From NCBI GenBank assembly GCA_963746845.1, contig CAVVCZ010000004.1, positions 1,216,001-1,280,000 of the forward strand: a DNA stretch of 64,000 bases, read 5' to 3'. Both the position numbers and the translations under genes were made by a program. This document shows positions 41,097 to 50,587 of the stretch, one piece after another (position 1 is the first letter of the stretch; each line of letters starts with the position of its first letter). The notes beneath the pieces were generated by a model that saw only the letters and a list, made by a program, of their open reading frames with translations, was not told the DNA's origin and did not search any database. Source of the stretch: an uncultured Chloroflexia bacterium (GTDB lineage Bacteria; Chloroflexota; Limnocylindria; Limnocylindrales; CSP1-4).

Positions 41097-41714
41097 TCAG
41101 ACCGCGCGGCGGCCCTGGAGGGCCCGGATCAGGGTCACCTCGTCGGCATATTCGAGGTCGCCGCCGACCGGGAGTCCGCGGGCGATCCGGCTGACGACCC
41201 CGACGCTGTCCTCCAGACGCTCCGCCAGGTACATCGCCGTCGCCTCGCCCTCGAGGGTGGGGTTCGTCGCCAAAATGACCTCGGCGAGGGGCTCGCCCGC
41301 CCGCTTCGCGTCGTCCGCACGGGCGAGCAGCTCGCGGACCTTCAGCCGGTCGGGCCCGATCCCGTCGATCGGCGAGATCGCGCCATGGAGGACGTGGTAG
41401 AGGCCCTTGAACTCCGACGTCCGCTCGAGCGCGAGGACGTCCAGCGGCTCCTCGACGACGCACAGGCGGGAGACGTCGCGCGCCGGGTCCCGGCAGATCG
41501 GGCAGAGCGGCTGGTCGCTGATGTTGAAGCAGCGCTCGCAGAACACGACCTGATCCCGGACGGCGACCAGCGCCGCCGCCAGCGTTCGCGCCTCGGCATC
41601 CGGTGCGCGGAGCAGGTGGTAGGTCAGGCGCTGCGCGGTCTTCGGGCCGATGCCGGGTAACCGGGCGAAGGCCTCGATCAGCCGGGCCACCGGCTCGATC
41701 AGTGTCGACGTCAC
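41097..41714 (-). CDS. recR: Recombination mediator RecR
   Basis: LPGIGPKTAQRL, C4 zinc finger, Toprim YHVLHG...EGEATA...GGDLEYAD. Confidence 0.97.
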   Translation of the reverse strand: MTSTLIEPVARLIEAFARLPGIGPKTAQRLTYHLLRAPDAEARTLAAALVAVRDQVVFCERCFNISDQPLCPICRDPARDVSRLCVVEEPLDVLALERTSEFKGLYHVLHGAISPIDGIGPDRLKVRELLARADDAKRAGEPLAEVILATNPTLEGEATAMYLAERLEDSVGVVSRIARGLPVGGDLEYADEVTLIRALQGRRAV

Positions 41715-41727
41715 GCCGTGGGTGACC

Positions 41728-42033
41728 CTAGAAGCCGGGGATCTTCAGTCCGCCGGTCACGGCGGACATCTTCTCCTCGCCCAGGCGGCGCGAGGCACCG
41801 AGTGCGTCGTTGATCGCCGCGACGATCAGGTCCTGGAGCATCTCGACGTCCGACGGGTCGACCGCGGACGGGTCGATCGTGACCGAGACCAGCTCCTGCT
41901 TGCCGGTGACGACCGCCTTGACGACGCCGCCGCCCGCCGATCCGTCCACCTGGGCCTCGCGCAGCTCGCCCTCGATGCGCTGCATCTCCTGCTGCATCTG
42001 CTGGGCCATCCGCTGCAGGTTGCCCATCCCCAT
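41728..42033 (-). CDS. ybaB: YbaB/EbfC nucleoid-associated protein
   Basis: AQQMQQEM...GSAGGGVV...DVEMLQDLIVAAINDA; AGGAGG SD. Confidence 0.93.
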   Translation of the reverse strand: MGMGNLQRMAQQMQQEMQRIEGELREAQVDGSAGGGVVKAVVTGKQELVSVTIDPSAVDPSDVEMLQDLIVAAINDALGASRRLGEEKMSAVTGGLKIPGF

Positions 42034-42106
42034 GTTCGATCCTCCTGTCGGTGACGCGGCCTCCGTGAGTCTGGCGGAAGCCGGCGCCGGTTGCATGGAC
42101 GCCGGG

Positions 42107-43810
42107 TCAGGACACCTCGCCGACGTCGACGAGGTCGTCGGCGAAGATCCGGCGCGCCTCGCTGATCAGGTCGGCCGTCTCCCCGAGCGGCACGACCGGA
42201 ACATCCTCGAGGTTCGTCGCGACGCAACGGACGCTGACCGCCCGGCCCAGCACTCGCCCGATCCCGTCCTCGAGCATCGGCCGTCGGCGCTCCAGGGCGT
42301 CCTTGAGGAATGCCTGATCTTCCGGGAAGCCGAGCGTCACGACGCTACCGTCGACGCTGATCGGGCGGCACTCGAGGATCAGCGGCTTGACCGCGGGGCT
42401 CTTGCTGATGACCGCGACGACCTCGGGCCAGACGGCGCGAAGGCGGTCGATGCCGTCGCCGCCGGCGACCGAGGGCTCCGCGGTCGGCGGCTCCGCAGTC
42501 GACGGTGTCGGGGTCTGCGGTGTCGGGGTCTGGGCCTTCGCCGTCGTCGGTTCGGCTGGAGCCTTCGCGGCCGGCGGTTCTGCCTTGGGCTCGATCGTCG
42601 GGGCCTTGGCCGGGGCGGCCGGAGCCTCCGACGTGCGCTCCCTGGCCGGCTGTTCGCGCCTGGGGGCCTCGGCGCGCTCCGGTGCCTGGATGGCCATCAC
42701 GCCGACCGTCGCGGGACGCGTCGCGGCGTCGAGGAGGGCCAGCTCGAGCTGGAAGCGGAGTCCGCCGACGCCCCGCCGCTCGGGGTCGATCGCGGCCAGG
42801 CGATGGGCGGCCGAGGCGAGCGCTGCCGCGCGGGGGCCGTCGCCGACGTCCAAAGCGACGGCCAGCTGGGACCGAATCTCGTCGACGACCTGGTCGAGGA
42901 CGACCGCCACATCACGACCCCGCTCGTCGATGGCATCGAGGATGGCGATCCCGGCCGCGGCCCGGCCCTCGACGAGGGCGACGACGAGTCCCGACACCGC
43001 CTCCGCGTCGGCGAGCCCGAGGAGCTCGCGGACCGCGCCCTCGTCGACCGTCGTCCCGGCCGCGGCGAGGACCTGGTCGAGCATCGACTCCGCGTCGCGC
43101 ATCCCGCCCGCCGCGAGGCGCGCGATCAGGTGGACGGCCGCGGGCTCGGCGGTGACGCCCTCGGCGTCGAGGATCCGTCCGAGCTTGCCCTCGATCTCGT
43201 CGACCGACAGGCGGCGGACATCGAATCGCTGCAGGCGCGACAGGATCGCCGGCGGGAAGTCCTGGGGATGGGTCGAGGCGAAGATGAAGACCACGAACTC
43301 GGGCGGCTCCTCGAGCGACTTCAGGAGCGCGTTCCAGGCGTCCTTCGTGATCTGGTGGGCCTCGTCGAGGATGTAGACCTTGCGCCGGAGGTCCGTCGGG
43401 GCGTAGTGAATGCGCTCGCGCAGGTCCTTGATGTCGCCGATGCCGCGGTTGCTCGCCGCGTCGATCTCGATGAGGTCGATCGCGCGCCCCTCGCGGATCG
43501 AGACGCACGCCTCGCAGCGGTCGCAGGGGTCGGCGTCCTGCAGGTTCGTGCAGTTCAGGGCCTTGGCGAGGATCCGAGCGAGGGACGTCTTGCCCGTCCC
43601 GCGCGGGCCGACGAAGAGGATCGCGTGCGACACCCGACCGGTCCGGACCGCGCTCCGGAGCGTCTCCACGACCGCGGTCTGGCCGACGATCTCGGCAAAG
43701 GTCTGGGCGCGCCAGCGTCGGTAGAGCGCCTGATGCGGTGCCGGAATCGGCGCCATGGCGGGCGCGGTCGGCATCTCGGTGTTCGAGGGCTCGGGAGCGG
43801 TCGGACTCAC
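42107..43810 (-). CDS. dnaX: DNA polymerase III subunit gamma/tau
   Basis: ALYRRWR, GPRGTGKTS, EIDAASN, DEAH, NALLKSLEEPP; GTG start with AGGAG SD. Confidence 0.96.
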   Translation of the reverse strand: MSPTAPEPSNTEMPTAPAMAPIPAPHQALYRRWRAQTFAEIVGQTAVVETLRSAVRTGRVSHAILFVGPRGTGKTSLARILAKALNCTNLQDADPCDRCEACVSIREGRAIDLIEIDAASNRGIGDIKDLRERIHYAPTDLRRKVYILDEAHQITKDAWNALLKSLEEPPEFVVFIFASTHPQDFPPAILSRLQRFDVRRLSVDEIEGKLGRILDAEGVTAEPAAVHLIARLAAGGMRDAESMLDQVLAAAGTTVDEGAVRELLGLADAEAVSGLVVALVEGRAAAGIAILDAIDERGRDVAVVLDQVVDEIRSQLAVALDVGDGPRAAALASAAHRLAAIDPERRGVGGLRFQLELALLDAATRPATVGVMAIQAPERAEAPRREQPARERTSEAPAAPAKAPTIEPKAEPPAAKAPAEPTTAKAQTPTPQTPTPSTAEPPTAEPSVAGGDGIDRLRAVWPEVVAVISKSPAVKPLILECRPISVDGSVVTLGFPEDQAFLKDALERRRPMLEDGIGRVLGRAVSVRCVATNLEDVPVVPLGETADLISEARRIFADDLVDVGEVS

Positions 43811-43869
43811 GGCGCTCCTGTCGCGGCGGTCGTCGGCAGTCCCGGCGCGGGGCGCCGGGGAGATGAGTT

Positions 43870-44137
43870 GCCGTGCACCCACCGTCGTCTTGTGGTGCCT
43901 CGCGCCTCCCGCAACGAGCGGCTCGGACCAGGCCGTTCCGCGGCACCCGACGATGATCGCTTAGTGCTGCTTCCTTCCGGACCTGACACGGTTCGCGGTT
44001 CGTCGCTGCGCGGGACCCGATCCTCAACGTCGCTCGAAGCGGCGGCAGTTCGAGGACGCAATCCTCGGGTGGGAATTCAGCCCTGCTGGAGCGGATTGCA
44101 GGTTCAGGGCACCGCTAGTTCCCCGCCTAGCACGGCG
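43870..44137 (-). ncRNA. ffs: Large bacterial SRP RNA (with Alu domain)
   Basis: TCAGGTCCGGAAGGAAGCAGC domain IV; GCCGTGCTAGGCGGGG...GGTGCACGGC termini; upstream of dnaX. Confidence 0.95.
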
Positions 44138-44170
44138 AACCGAGTCTAGCAGGCGCGTCTTCGGCGGCGG

Positions 44171-44860
44171 TCACCCGTGGCCCGACCACGGTCGCCGGTC
44201 GTGGGCGAAGAGGGCGCGGACGGGATCCACGTCGCGCAGCCGACGCAGGGACGCGTCGTAGGCCGGCCGGTCGCGGGCGCTCGTTCGACCCTCGCGGCCC
44301 GTCGATCCGGTCCACTCGTCGAGGCCGTAGACGGCCTGACCGGTCAGCACGACGGGCCCGTCGCGTTGGTCGACGATGAGCGACTGGTGACCGGGCGAAT
44401 GGCCCGGCGTGGCCAGAACCCGGATGCCCGGGACGAGCTCGTGGTCCCCGTGAGCCTCGATGTACCTGACGCCCGGTCCGTCGATCCAGTCGAGGATCGT
44501 GTAGTCACCCGCACGAGCCGTGGCGAGCTCGGCGGCCTGGACATGGATCGGGACGTTCGGGAACGACGCGTTCTGGCCGGCGTGGTCGGGATGGAGGTGG
44601 CAGTTCGCGACCAGGTCGACCTGGCCGACCCGCACCCCGGCCTCGCCGAGGACGTCGCGCATCAGTGGACCGGTCGGGTGATACCGCTCGTCGAGCTCCG
44701 GGTCGCCGAAGCCGAAGCCGGTGTCGAACAGGAGCACGCCCTCGCGGCGGCGGATCGCATAGGCGACGACGACGCCGCCCTTGCCGGCCCACGGCTCGTC
44801 AACGGCGAATCGGAACTCCCCGACATCGAGCGGGATGATCTCGGGAACGGAGCGGGCCAC
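44171..44860 (-). CDS. N-acyl homoserine lactonase-like metallo-beta-lactamase fold hydrolase
   Basis: LFDTG, CHLHPDHAG, TPGHSPGHQS, C-terminal AHD. Confidence 0.8.
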   Translation of the reverse strand: MARSVPEIIPLDVGEFRFAVDEPWAGKGGVVVAYAIRRREGVLLFDTGFGFGDPELDERYHPTGPLMRDVLGEAGVRVGQVDLVANCHLHPDHAGQNASFPNVPIHVQAAELATARAGDYTILDWIDGPGVRYIEAHGDHELVPGIRVLATPGHSPGHQSLIVDQRDGPVVLTGQAVYGLDEWTGSTGREGRTSARDRPAYDASLRRLRDVDPVRALFAHDRRPWSGHG

Positions 44861-44888
44861 GGCGGGTCCGGATCAGCTCACCGGAGAG

Positions 44889-44976
44889 TGGCGGAGAGGG
44901 CGGGATTCGAACCCGCGACGGGTTGCCCCGAACCGCATTTCCAGTGCGGCGCCATAGTCCACTAGGCGACCTCTCC
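44889..44976 (-). tRNA. tRNA-Ser(GGA)
   Basis: Loop CT-GGA-AA, long variable arm, GCCA end. Confidence 0.95.
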
Positions 44977-45029
44977 CCGAGAGAACGAAGCCGACCGGCG
45001 TGTCGCCGGCCGGCCGTGCGGTTGAGTCC

Positions 45030-45115
<86 letters not shown>

Positions 45116-45196
45116 GCCGGAGAGGATAGCAAAGGTCCTCGCCGCGGCCGACCGGACGATCGTCCCGTGGGGCGGGTTCGCATCGTGGTCGCCCGG

Positions 45197-45324
45197 CGGC
45201 CCAACGGACCGGCGGAAGCCGGCGCGCGGCGCGAGCAGTGCCGAATCGGTCGATTCTGGCCGGGTGGCGGCCGATGACGAGCCGATCGCGGCCGCGCCGC
45301 GGGATCGAGCGGTCCGTTGGGCCG
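45197..45324. repeat. Long imperfect inverted repeat
   Basis: cggcccaacggaccg (45197-45211) is the exact reverse complement of 45310-45324; further inner pairings. Confidence 0.7.
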
Positions 45325-45363
45325 TGGAGTGGCCCGCGCAGGACGCCGCAGAGGCGACCGCGG

Positions 45364-45807
45364 TCAGGCGATCGCGGTCGTGCCGGCGAGGAGCTCCATC
45401 GCCTCGTCGCGACGGATGCCGCTGACGATCTGGATGCGGCGTTGGAGATCCGGATGCTGGGCGAGCTGGATGACGGAGCCGGCGGCCCCCTCGGTCTCGT
45501 GCGGGAGCGCGAACACGAGCGCCGCCACGTCGCTCTCGAGGAGCGCGCCGACGCACATCACGCACGGCTCGACGGTCGTGAAGATCGTCGCATCGCTCAG
45601 TCGGTCCAGGCCGAGCTTCCGGGCCGCCTCGCGGAGGGCGACGATCACCGCGTGGGCGGTCGGGTCGTTGGACTCGATCACGCGATCGTGGGCGCGGGCG
45701 ACCATCGCCTCGTCGACGACGGCCACGGCCGCATTCGGGCGCTCCCCCGCGGCGATCGCGTTGCGCGCCTCGGCAAGCGCCTCGCCCATGAAGAGCTCGT
45801 AGTTCAT
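45364..45807 (-). CDS. tadA: TadA-family nucleoside deaminase lacking the catalytic Glu (HAV instead of HAE)
   Basis: FMGEALAEA...NDPTAHAV...TVEPCVMCVGA...GAAGS; synteny with tRNA-Ser-ffs-dnaX; TATAGT -10 six nt before the ATG. Confidence 0.85.
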   Translation of the reverse strand: MNYELFMGEALAEARNAIAAGERPNAAVAVVDEAMVARAHDRVIESNDPTAHAVIVALREAARKLGLDRLSDATIFTTVEPCVMCVGALLESDVAALVFALPHETEGAAGSVIQLAQHPDLQRRIQIVSGIRRDEAMELLAGTTAIA

Positions 45808-45906
45808 GGCCGGACTATACAGGCCCGGATTCGTGCTCCCGTCGCGTCGACCGTCACCATCCCGCAACCGACCGGGAACCCGGACGAGGGGTACGATGCC
45901 CCGCGC

Positions 45907-47103
45907 ATGAGCGGAACACGACGGATCGGCATCCTGACCGGCGGCGGCGACGTGCCGGGCCTCAACTCGGTCATCAAGTCGGTCGTCTATCGGGCGACCG
46001 AGATCGGCGACGAGGTCGTGGGCATCCGGCGCGGCTGGGAGGGCCTGACCCACCTCCGGTTCGATCCCGCGCCCGACCCGAACTACATCGTCCGTCTCGA
46101 CCGCGCCAACACGCGGACGATCGACCGGACCGGCGGGACCTGGCTCCACACGTCCCGGACGAACCCGAAGAAGATGCCGCCGGCGAGCCTCCCGGCGTGG
46201 ATGGATCCCGCGCGCGTGACCGCGATGACCGGGTCCGACGGGATCGTCGACCTGACGCCCGTCGTCCTCGAGAACATCGAGCGGCTCGGGCTCGACGTGC
46301 TCGTCACGATCGGTGGCGACGACACGCTCAGCTTCTCGAGGGTCCTGTTCGACGAGGGTGTGCCGCTCGTCGCGATCCCGAAGACGATGGACAACGACGT
46401 CGCGGGCACCGAGTACTGCATCGGCTTCTCGACCGCGATCACCCGGGCGAAGGAGCTGATCAACCGCCAGCGAACGACGCTCGGCAGTCACGAGCGGATC
46501 GGCGTGTTCCGCATCTTCGGCCGCGATGCGGGGTTCTCGGCGCTCTACACGGCGTACGTGACGAGCGCCCGCTGCGTGATCCCGGAGGCGCCGTACGACC
46601 TCGACCGCCTCGCCGAGATCCTGACCGCCGACCGCGACGCGAACCCGTCGAAGTACGCGGTGGTGGTGACCGCGGAGGGGGCGATCTGGAAGGGCGCCCA
46701 GATGCGCGACGTCGGCGAGGCCGACGCGTTCGGCCATCGCCACAAGGCCAACGTCGGCGAGGCGCTCGCTGTCGAGATCAAGCAACGGACCGGGATCGAG
46801 GCCGTCGCCTCCGAGCTGACCTACGACCTCCGATCCGGCGAGCCGGACGCCCTCGACGCGATGGTCGCCACGACGTTCGCCAACGTCGCGATGGACCTCG
46901 TCCGGGACGGCATCACCGGCCGGATGATGGCGATCCAGGACGGCAAGTACGCCCACACCGAGCTGCCCCATCCGGGGACGCCGGCCCGCCGCGTCGACAT
47001 CGCGGACATGTACAACGAGGAGCGCTTCCGGCCCCGCTACGAGGGCCGGCTCGGCGACCCGATGCTCCTCGTCTCGGTCGGGGGCGGCGTCGCCGTCGGC
47101 TAG
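45907..47103 (+). CDS. pfkA: 6-phosphofructokinase, probably PPi-dependent
   Basis: GILTGGGDVPGLN, GGTWLHTSR, GGDDT and PKTMDND motifs. Confidence 0.9.
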   Translation: MSGTRRIGILTGGGDVPGLNSVIKSVVYRATEIGDEVVGIRRGWEGLTHLRFDPAPDPNYIVRLDRANTRTIDRTGGTWLHTSRTNPKKMPPASLPAWMDPARVTAMTGSDGIVDLTPVVLENIERLGLDVLVTIGGDDTLSFSRVLFDEGVPLVAIPKTMDNDVAGTEYCIGFSTAITRAKELINRQRTTLGSHERIGVFRIFGRDAGFSALYTAYVTSARCVIPEAPYDLDRLAEILTADRDANPSKYAVVVTAEGAIWKGAQMRDVGEADAFGHRHKANVGEALAVEIKQRTGIEAVASELTYDLRSGEPDALDAMVATTFANVAMDLVRDGITGRMMAIQDGKYAHTELPHPGTPARRVDIADMYNEERFRPRYEGRLGDPMLLVSVGGGVAVG

Positions 47104-47121
47104 GCGAGTGCGCGAACGGCT

Positions 47122-48009
47122 CTAGCTCGGGAGCCCGGATCGCTCCCGGATGACCCTCGCGAGCGCGGACATGTCATCGGCGTCGTGGCCCTTCGCGACG
47201 AGATCGGTCTCGAAGTCCGCCGCCAGCTCGGCGACGGGCAGCTCGGCGCCCATCTGGTGGGCGAGGTCGAGCGCGATGCCGAGGTCCTTCCGGTGCAGGG
47301 CGACCTTGAACCCGAGCGGGTAGTCGTTGACCCGCATCCGCTCGCTTCGGTTGGCCAGCACCCAGCTCTGTGCCGCGCCGCCGCCGAGCGCCTCGACGAC
47401 CTGGCCGACGTCCAACCCGGCCTTGATCGCGAGGACGATCCCCTCGGCCACCCCGAGGTAGGTCCCGGCCAGGATGACCTGGTTGACGGCCTTCACGGCC
47501 TGGCCGGCGCCGCTCGGGCCGACGTGCGTGATCGTCTTGCCCATCGCGGTGAGGATCGGTCGGGCTCGCTCCACGTCCGCCGCCTCGCCGCCGCAGAAGA
47601 TCGTGAGGGTCGCCTTCTGGGCGCCCTCGCTGCCGCCCGACACCGGGGCGTCGACGAGCGAGACGCCACGCGAAGCAAGACGCGACGCGAAGTCGCGGGT
47701 CGCCGACGGCGAGATCGTCGAGCAGTCGATCACGAGCTGGCCGTCCCGGGCGCCCTCGGCGAGGCCGCCCGCGCCGAACAGGACGGACTCGACGTCCGGC
47801 GTGTCCGAGACGCAGACGACGATGGCATCCGTGGCACGCGCGACATCCGCCGGGCTGTCCGCGCGGGCGACGCCGAGGTCCTCGAGCTCCGCGGCCCGGC
47901 CGGGTGTCCGGTTCCAGGCCGTGACCGCGAACCCGGCGCCAGCCAGGTTGGCGGCCATCGCCGCGCCCATCGTCCCGAGTCCCAGGAACCCGATCCGGTC
48001 GTCAGCCAT
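47122..48009 (-). CDS. NAD(P)-dependent oxidoreductase, 3-hydroxyisobutyrate dehydrogenase family
   Basis: GFLGLGTMG, DAPVSGG, catalytic KAVNQ, KDL. Confidence 0.9.
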   Translation of the reverse strand: MADDRIGFLGLGTMGAAMAANLAGAGFAVTAWNRTPGRAAELEDLGVARADSPADVARATDAIVVCVSDTPDVESVLFGAGGLAEGARDGQLVIDCSTISPSATRDFASRLASRGVSLVDAPVSGGSEGAQKATLTIFCGGEAADVERARPILTAMGKTITHVGPSGAGQAVKAVNQVILAGTYLGVAEGIVLAIKAGLDVGQVVEALGGGAAQSWVLANRSERMRVNDYPLGFKVALHRKDLGIALDLAHQMGAELPVAELAADFETDLVAKGHDADDMSALARVIRERSGLPS

Positions 48010-48067
48010 GTGCTCCTCGCTGCTACCCTCGCGTCAATTCTGACGGACTCACGGAGGTTCCGGATCG

Positions 48068-48451
48068 ATGCCGCTCATCGCCCAGCTCGCCGCGCTGCTC
48101 GGGGCGGCGATCCACGTCTGGTTCTTCGTCCTGGAGAGCCTCCTCTTCGGGCGACCAGGCGTGGCGGCGCGGTTCGGGCTCCGGACCGACGAGCAGATCG
48201 CCGTGGTCCGGCCGATGGCCTTCAACCAGGGCTTCTACAACCTGTTCCTGGCGGTCGGGATCGCGGCGGGCATCGCCCAGATCGCCGCGGGCGAGGAGGT
48301 CGCCGGTCGGGCGATCGTCCTGTTCTGCTGCGCCTGCATGGTCGGTGCGGGGATCGTCCTGTTCGCGACGAGCCGGCGGTTCCTCCAGGCGTCGATCGTC
48401 CAGGCGCTCCCGCCGCTGGTCGCGATCCTCGCGACGTTCCTCATCCACTGA
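48068..48451 (+). CDS. DUF1304-like membrane protein
   Basis: IHVWFFVLES...AFNQGFYNLFLA...Q..PP pattern; 4 TM helices. Confidence 0.8.
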   Translation: MPLIAQLAALLGAAIHVWFFVLESLLFGRPGVAARFGLRTDEQIAVVRPMAFNQGFYNLFLAVGIAAGIAQIAAGEEVAGRAIVLFCCACMVGAGIVLFATSRRFLQASIVQALPPLVAILATFLIH

Positions 48452-49301
48452 CGGCGGCGTCGGCGCCGCTCGCGACCGGCCGTCGTCGACCGGCGAGGAA
48501 CCAGGTCCGGATCTCGCCCTTGCCCTTGAGGGCGATCGTTCCGCGCGTCTCGAGCATGTAATCGTCCCCGAGGATCTCGGCGACGGCGTCCGAGACGTGG
48601 ATGCGGCCCGGCTGCGAGGTCGACTCGAGACGGCTGGCGACGTTCACCGTGTCGCCCCAGACGTCGAAGGCGAAACGGCGAGACCCGATCACCCCGGACA
48701 CGACGGGTCCGACCGCCACCCCGATCCGGACCTGCCAGTCCGAGGCGGACGCGGCGACGGCGTCGGCCATCGCGAGCGCGAGGTCGGCGGCCGCGCGGAC
48801 GGAGGCCGACGGATCCTCCCCGTCGACCGGAGCCAGACCGGCGACCGCGAGATAGGCGTCCCCGATGGTCTTGATCGTCTCGACGCCGAGGTGCTCGGCG
48901 GCCGCGTCGAACGACGCGAAGAGGGAGCCCAGCCGCTCGACAAGCTCGACGACCGGCAGCCGCCCCGCGATCGCGGTGAACCCGACGATGTCGCAGAACA
49001 CGACGGCGACGTGGTCGTGACGGTCGGCGATCTGGCGCTCGCCCGCATTCAGCCGATCCACGATCCGCCGCGGCAGCACGTTGAGCAGGAGCTCGATCGA
49101 GCGGGCCTGCTCATTCGCGAGCTCCACGCGGAGCCGATCGAGAAGGCGGGAGTTCGTGTCGCGGATGTCCTCGAGCTGGCGCAGCGTCAGCTCGAGTCGT
49201 TCTGCCCGCCGCGTTTGCCGGATGACCTCCTTGCGCAGCTCCTCGGCCGACGGCGGCGGCGCCTCGGATGCGGCACCGGAGCCCGCGTCGGCGTCGGTCA
49301 C
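48441..49301 (-). CDS. Class III adenylate cyclase with N-terminal coiled coil
   Basis: VFCDIVGFT, IKTIGDAYL, FDVWGDTVNVASRLES, LKGKG; GTG start overlaps the FIST gene stop (GTGA). Confidence 0.92.
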   Translation of the reverse strand: MTDADAGSGAASEAPPPSAEELRKEVIRQTRRAERLELTLRQLEDIRDTNSRLLDRLRVELANEQARSIELLLNVLPRRIVDRLNAGERQIADRHDHVAVVFCDIVGFTAIAGRLPVVELVERLGSLFASFDAAAEHLGVETIKTIGDAYLAVAGLAPVDGEDPSASVRAAADLALAMADAVAASASDWQVRIGVAVGPVVSGVIGSRRFAFDVWGDTVNVASRLESTSQPGRIHVSDAVAEILGDDYMLETRGTIALKGKGEIRTWFLAGRRRPVASGADAAVSG

Positions 49302-50455
49302 GTCCCGAGCAGCAGCGCGACGAAGGTCTCGTTGAGGAACCGCGGGTCGCGATCCGGCCCGATCGGACCGATCTCGCCGGTGCAGTACATCCCGGCGAAG
49401 GGCAGATCCGGCAGCGCGGCCCGGGTCAGCTCGGTCTCGCGACCGGTCCGCGAGCCGAGCAGGTATTTCCGGACCATGCACGAGAACACGAGCGCCGCCT
49501 CCGGCGGACCCTCGCCCGGAAAGGTCTCGGCGGCCCGCGCCAACGCGCCGGCCGTTCCGCGAAGAAGGGCCTCGGTGTTCGCGGTGGTCAGCTGGATGCC
49601 GGATCCCACCGGCACGGAGCCGATGATCGAGATCGTCCCGGCCGCCTCGTCCGAGCGGATGGCCACGCGGAGGTAGGGCTCGTCGCTCCCCGGCTCGTAG
49701 ATCGCCATCGGGTTCCCGAACGAGGCCGGTCCGATCGCATCGAGGTAGCGACTGACGAACTCCAGGGCCGGGCGGCCGTCGATCTCGCAGATCAGATTGC
49801 GCTCGGATGCGGTCACGACGCCGCGCGACCCGATCGCCTCCCAACCGGTCCCGATCGCGACGGAGTGGCGCAGCGGCCCGGAGAACAGGACGAGGGCGAT
49901 ACCGTCCTCGGTCAGGGCATCGCCGACGAACTGGTAGGTCGGGGTGATCAGGCCGAGCTCGCTCCGCGCCGACCCACCGCCGATGACCGTGACACCGGCC
50001 GGGAGGATCGATCGGATCGTTCGGATCATGGCCGCCGGGTCGGTCGACGCGGCATTGGCCAGCACGATGCACAGTCGTGGCTCGCGGGTCACCCCCACGA
50101 GCGCCGCGTCCAGCGCATCGCGACAGGCGCGGTCCGTGTCGGTCCCGAGACCGGCGCCGAGGCCGGCGGTGATGTCGATCTCATCGGAGGCGAACAAGGC
50201 GAGCGTGACCGAGTCCTCGCGATATCCGACGACGTTCGAGACCTCGGCTGCCGACGTCGAACCGGCGATCGTCGCGGTCGGGAACGCGGCCTTGACGGTG
50301 GCGAGGATCGAGGGGTCGAAGCTCTCGAACGACGCCACGAGTAGGCCGGCCTGGGGCCGGGCGTCGCCGAGGCGCTCCCGGCACTCCGCGATGACCTGGG
50401 CGATCGCATCCGCGGCGTCGACGTCGTCGCTGTGACCCACCGCCATCGTCAGCAT
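49298..50455 (-). CDS. FIST domain signal transduction protein (NosP-like)
   Basis: AGSTSAAEV, IGGGSA, GWEAIG, EIDGRPAL, FSC, GMYCTGEIGP...LNET: FIST_N plus FIST_C pattern. Confidence 0.88.
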   Translation of the reverse strand: MLTMAVGHSDDVDAADAIAQVIAECRERLGDARPQAGLLVASFESFDPSILATVKAAFPTATIAGSTSAAEVSNVVGYREDSVTLALFASDEIDITAGLGAGLGTDTDRACRDALDAALVGVTREPRLCIVLANAASTDPAAMIRTIRSILPAGVTVIGGGSARSELGLITPTYQFVGDALTEDGIALVLFSGPLRHSVAIGTGWEAIGSRGVVTASERNLICEIDGRPALEFVSRYLDAIGPASFGNPMAIYEPGSDEPYLRVAIRSDEAAGTISIIGSVPVGSGIQLTTANTEALLRGTAGALARAAETFPGEGPPEAALVFSCMVRKYLLGSRTGRETELTRAALPDLPFAGMYCTGEIGPIGPDRDPRFLNETFVALLLGT

Positions 50456-50587
50456 CGGTCGGGCACCTCACGACTCGCTCGCCCGGTCAGCCCTCGGACA
50501 CGTCGATCCACCGCGCCACCATAGCGCGGCGCGGATCGGAGGGTGATTCGGCGATCCGTCGGCGCGGTCCGGCGCCGACCGCCGGGA

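Noticed and set aside
42107-43810. Programmed -1 frameshift in dnaX
   Set aside because: No A-AAA-AAG or poly-A slippery tract is visible.
50472-50545. Hairpin upstream of the FIST gene with cctcgga...tcggagg ends resembling the repeat family
   Set aside because: Internal sequence and length do not align with the four 45-bp copies.
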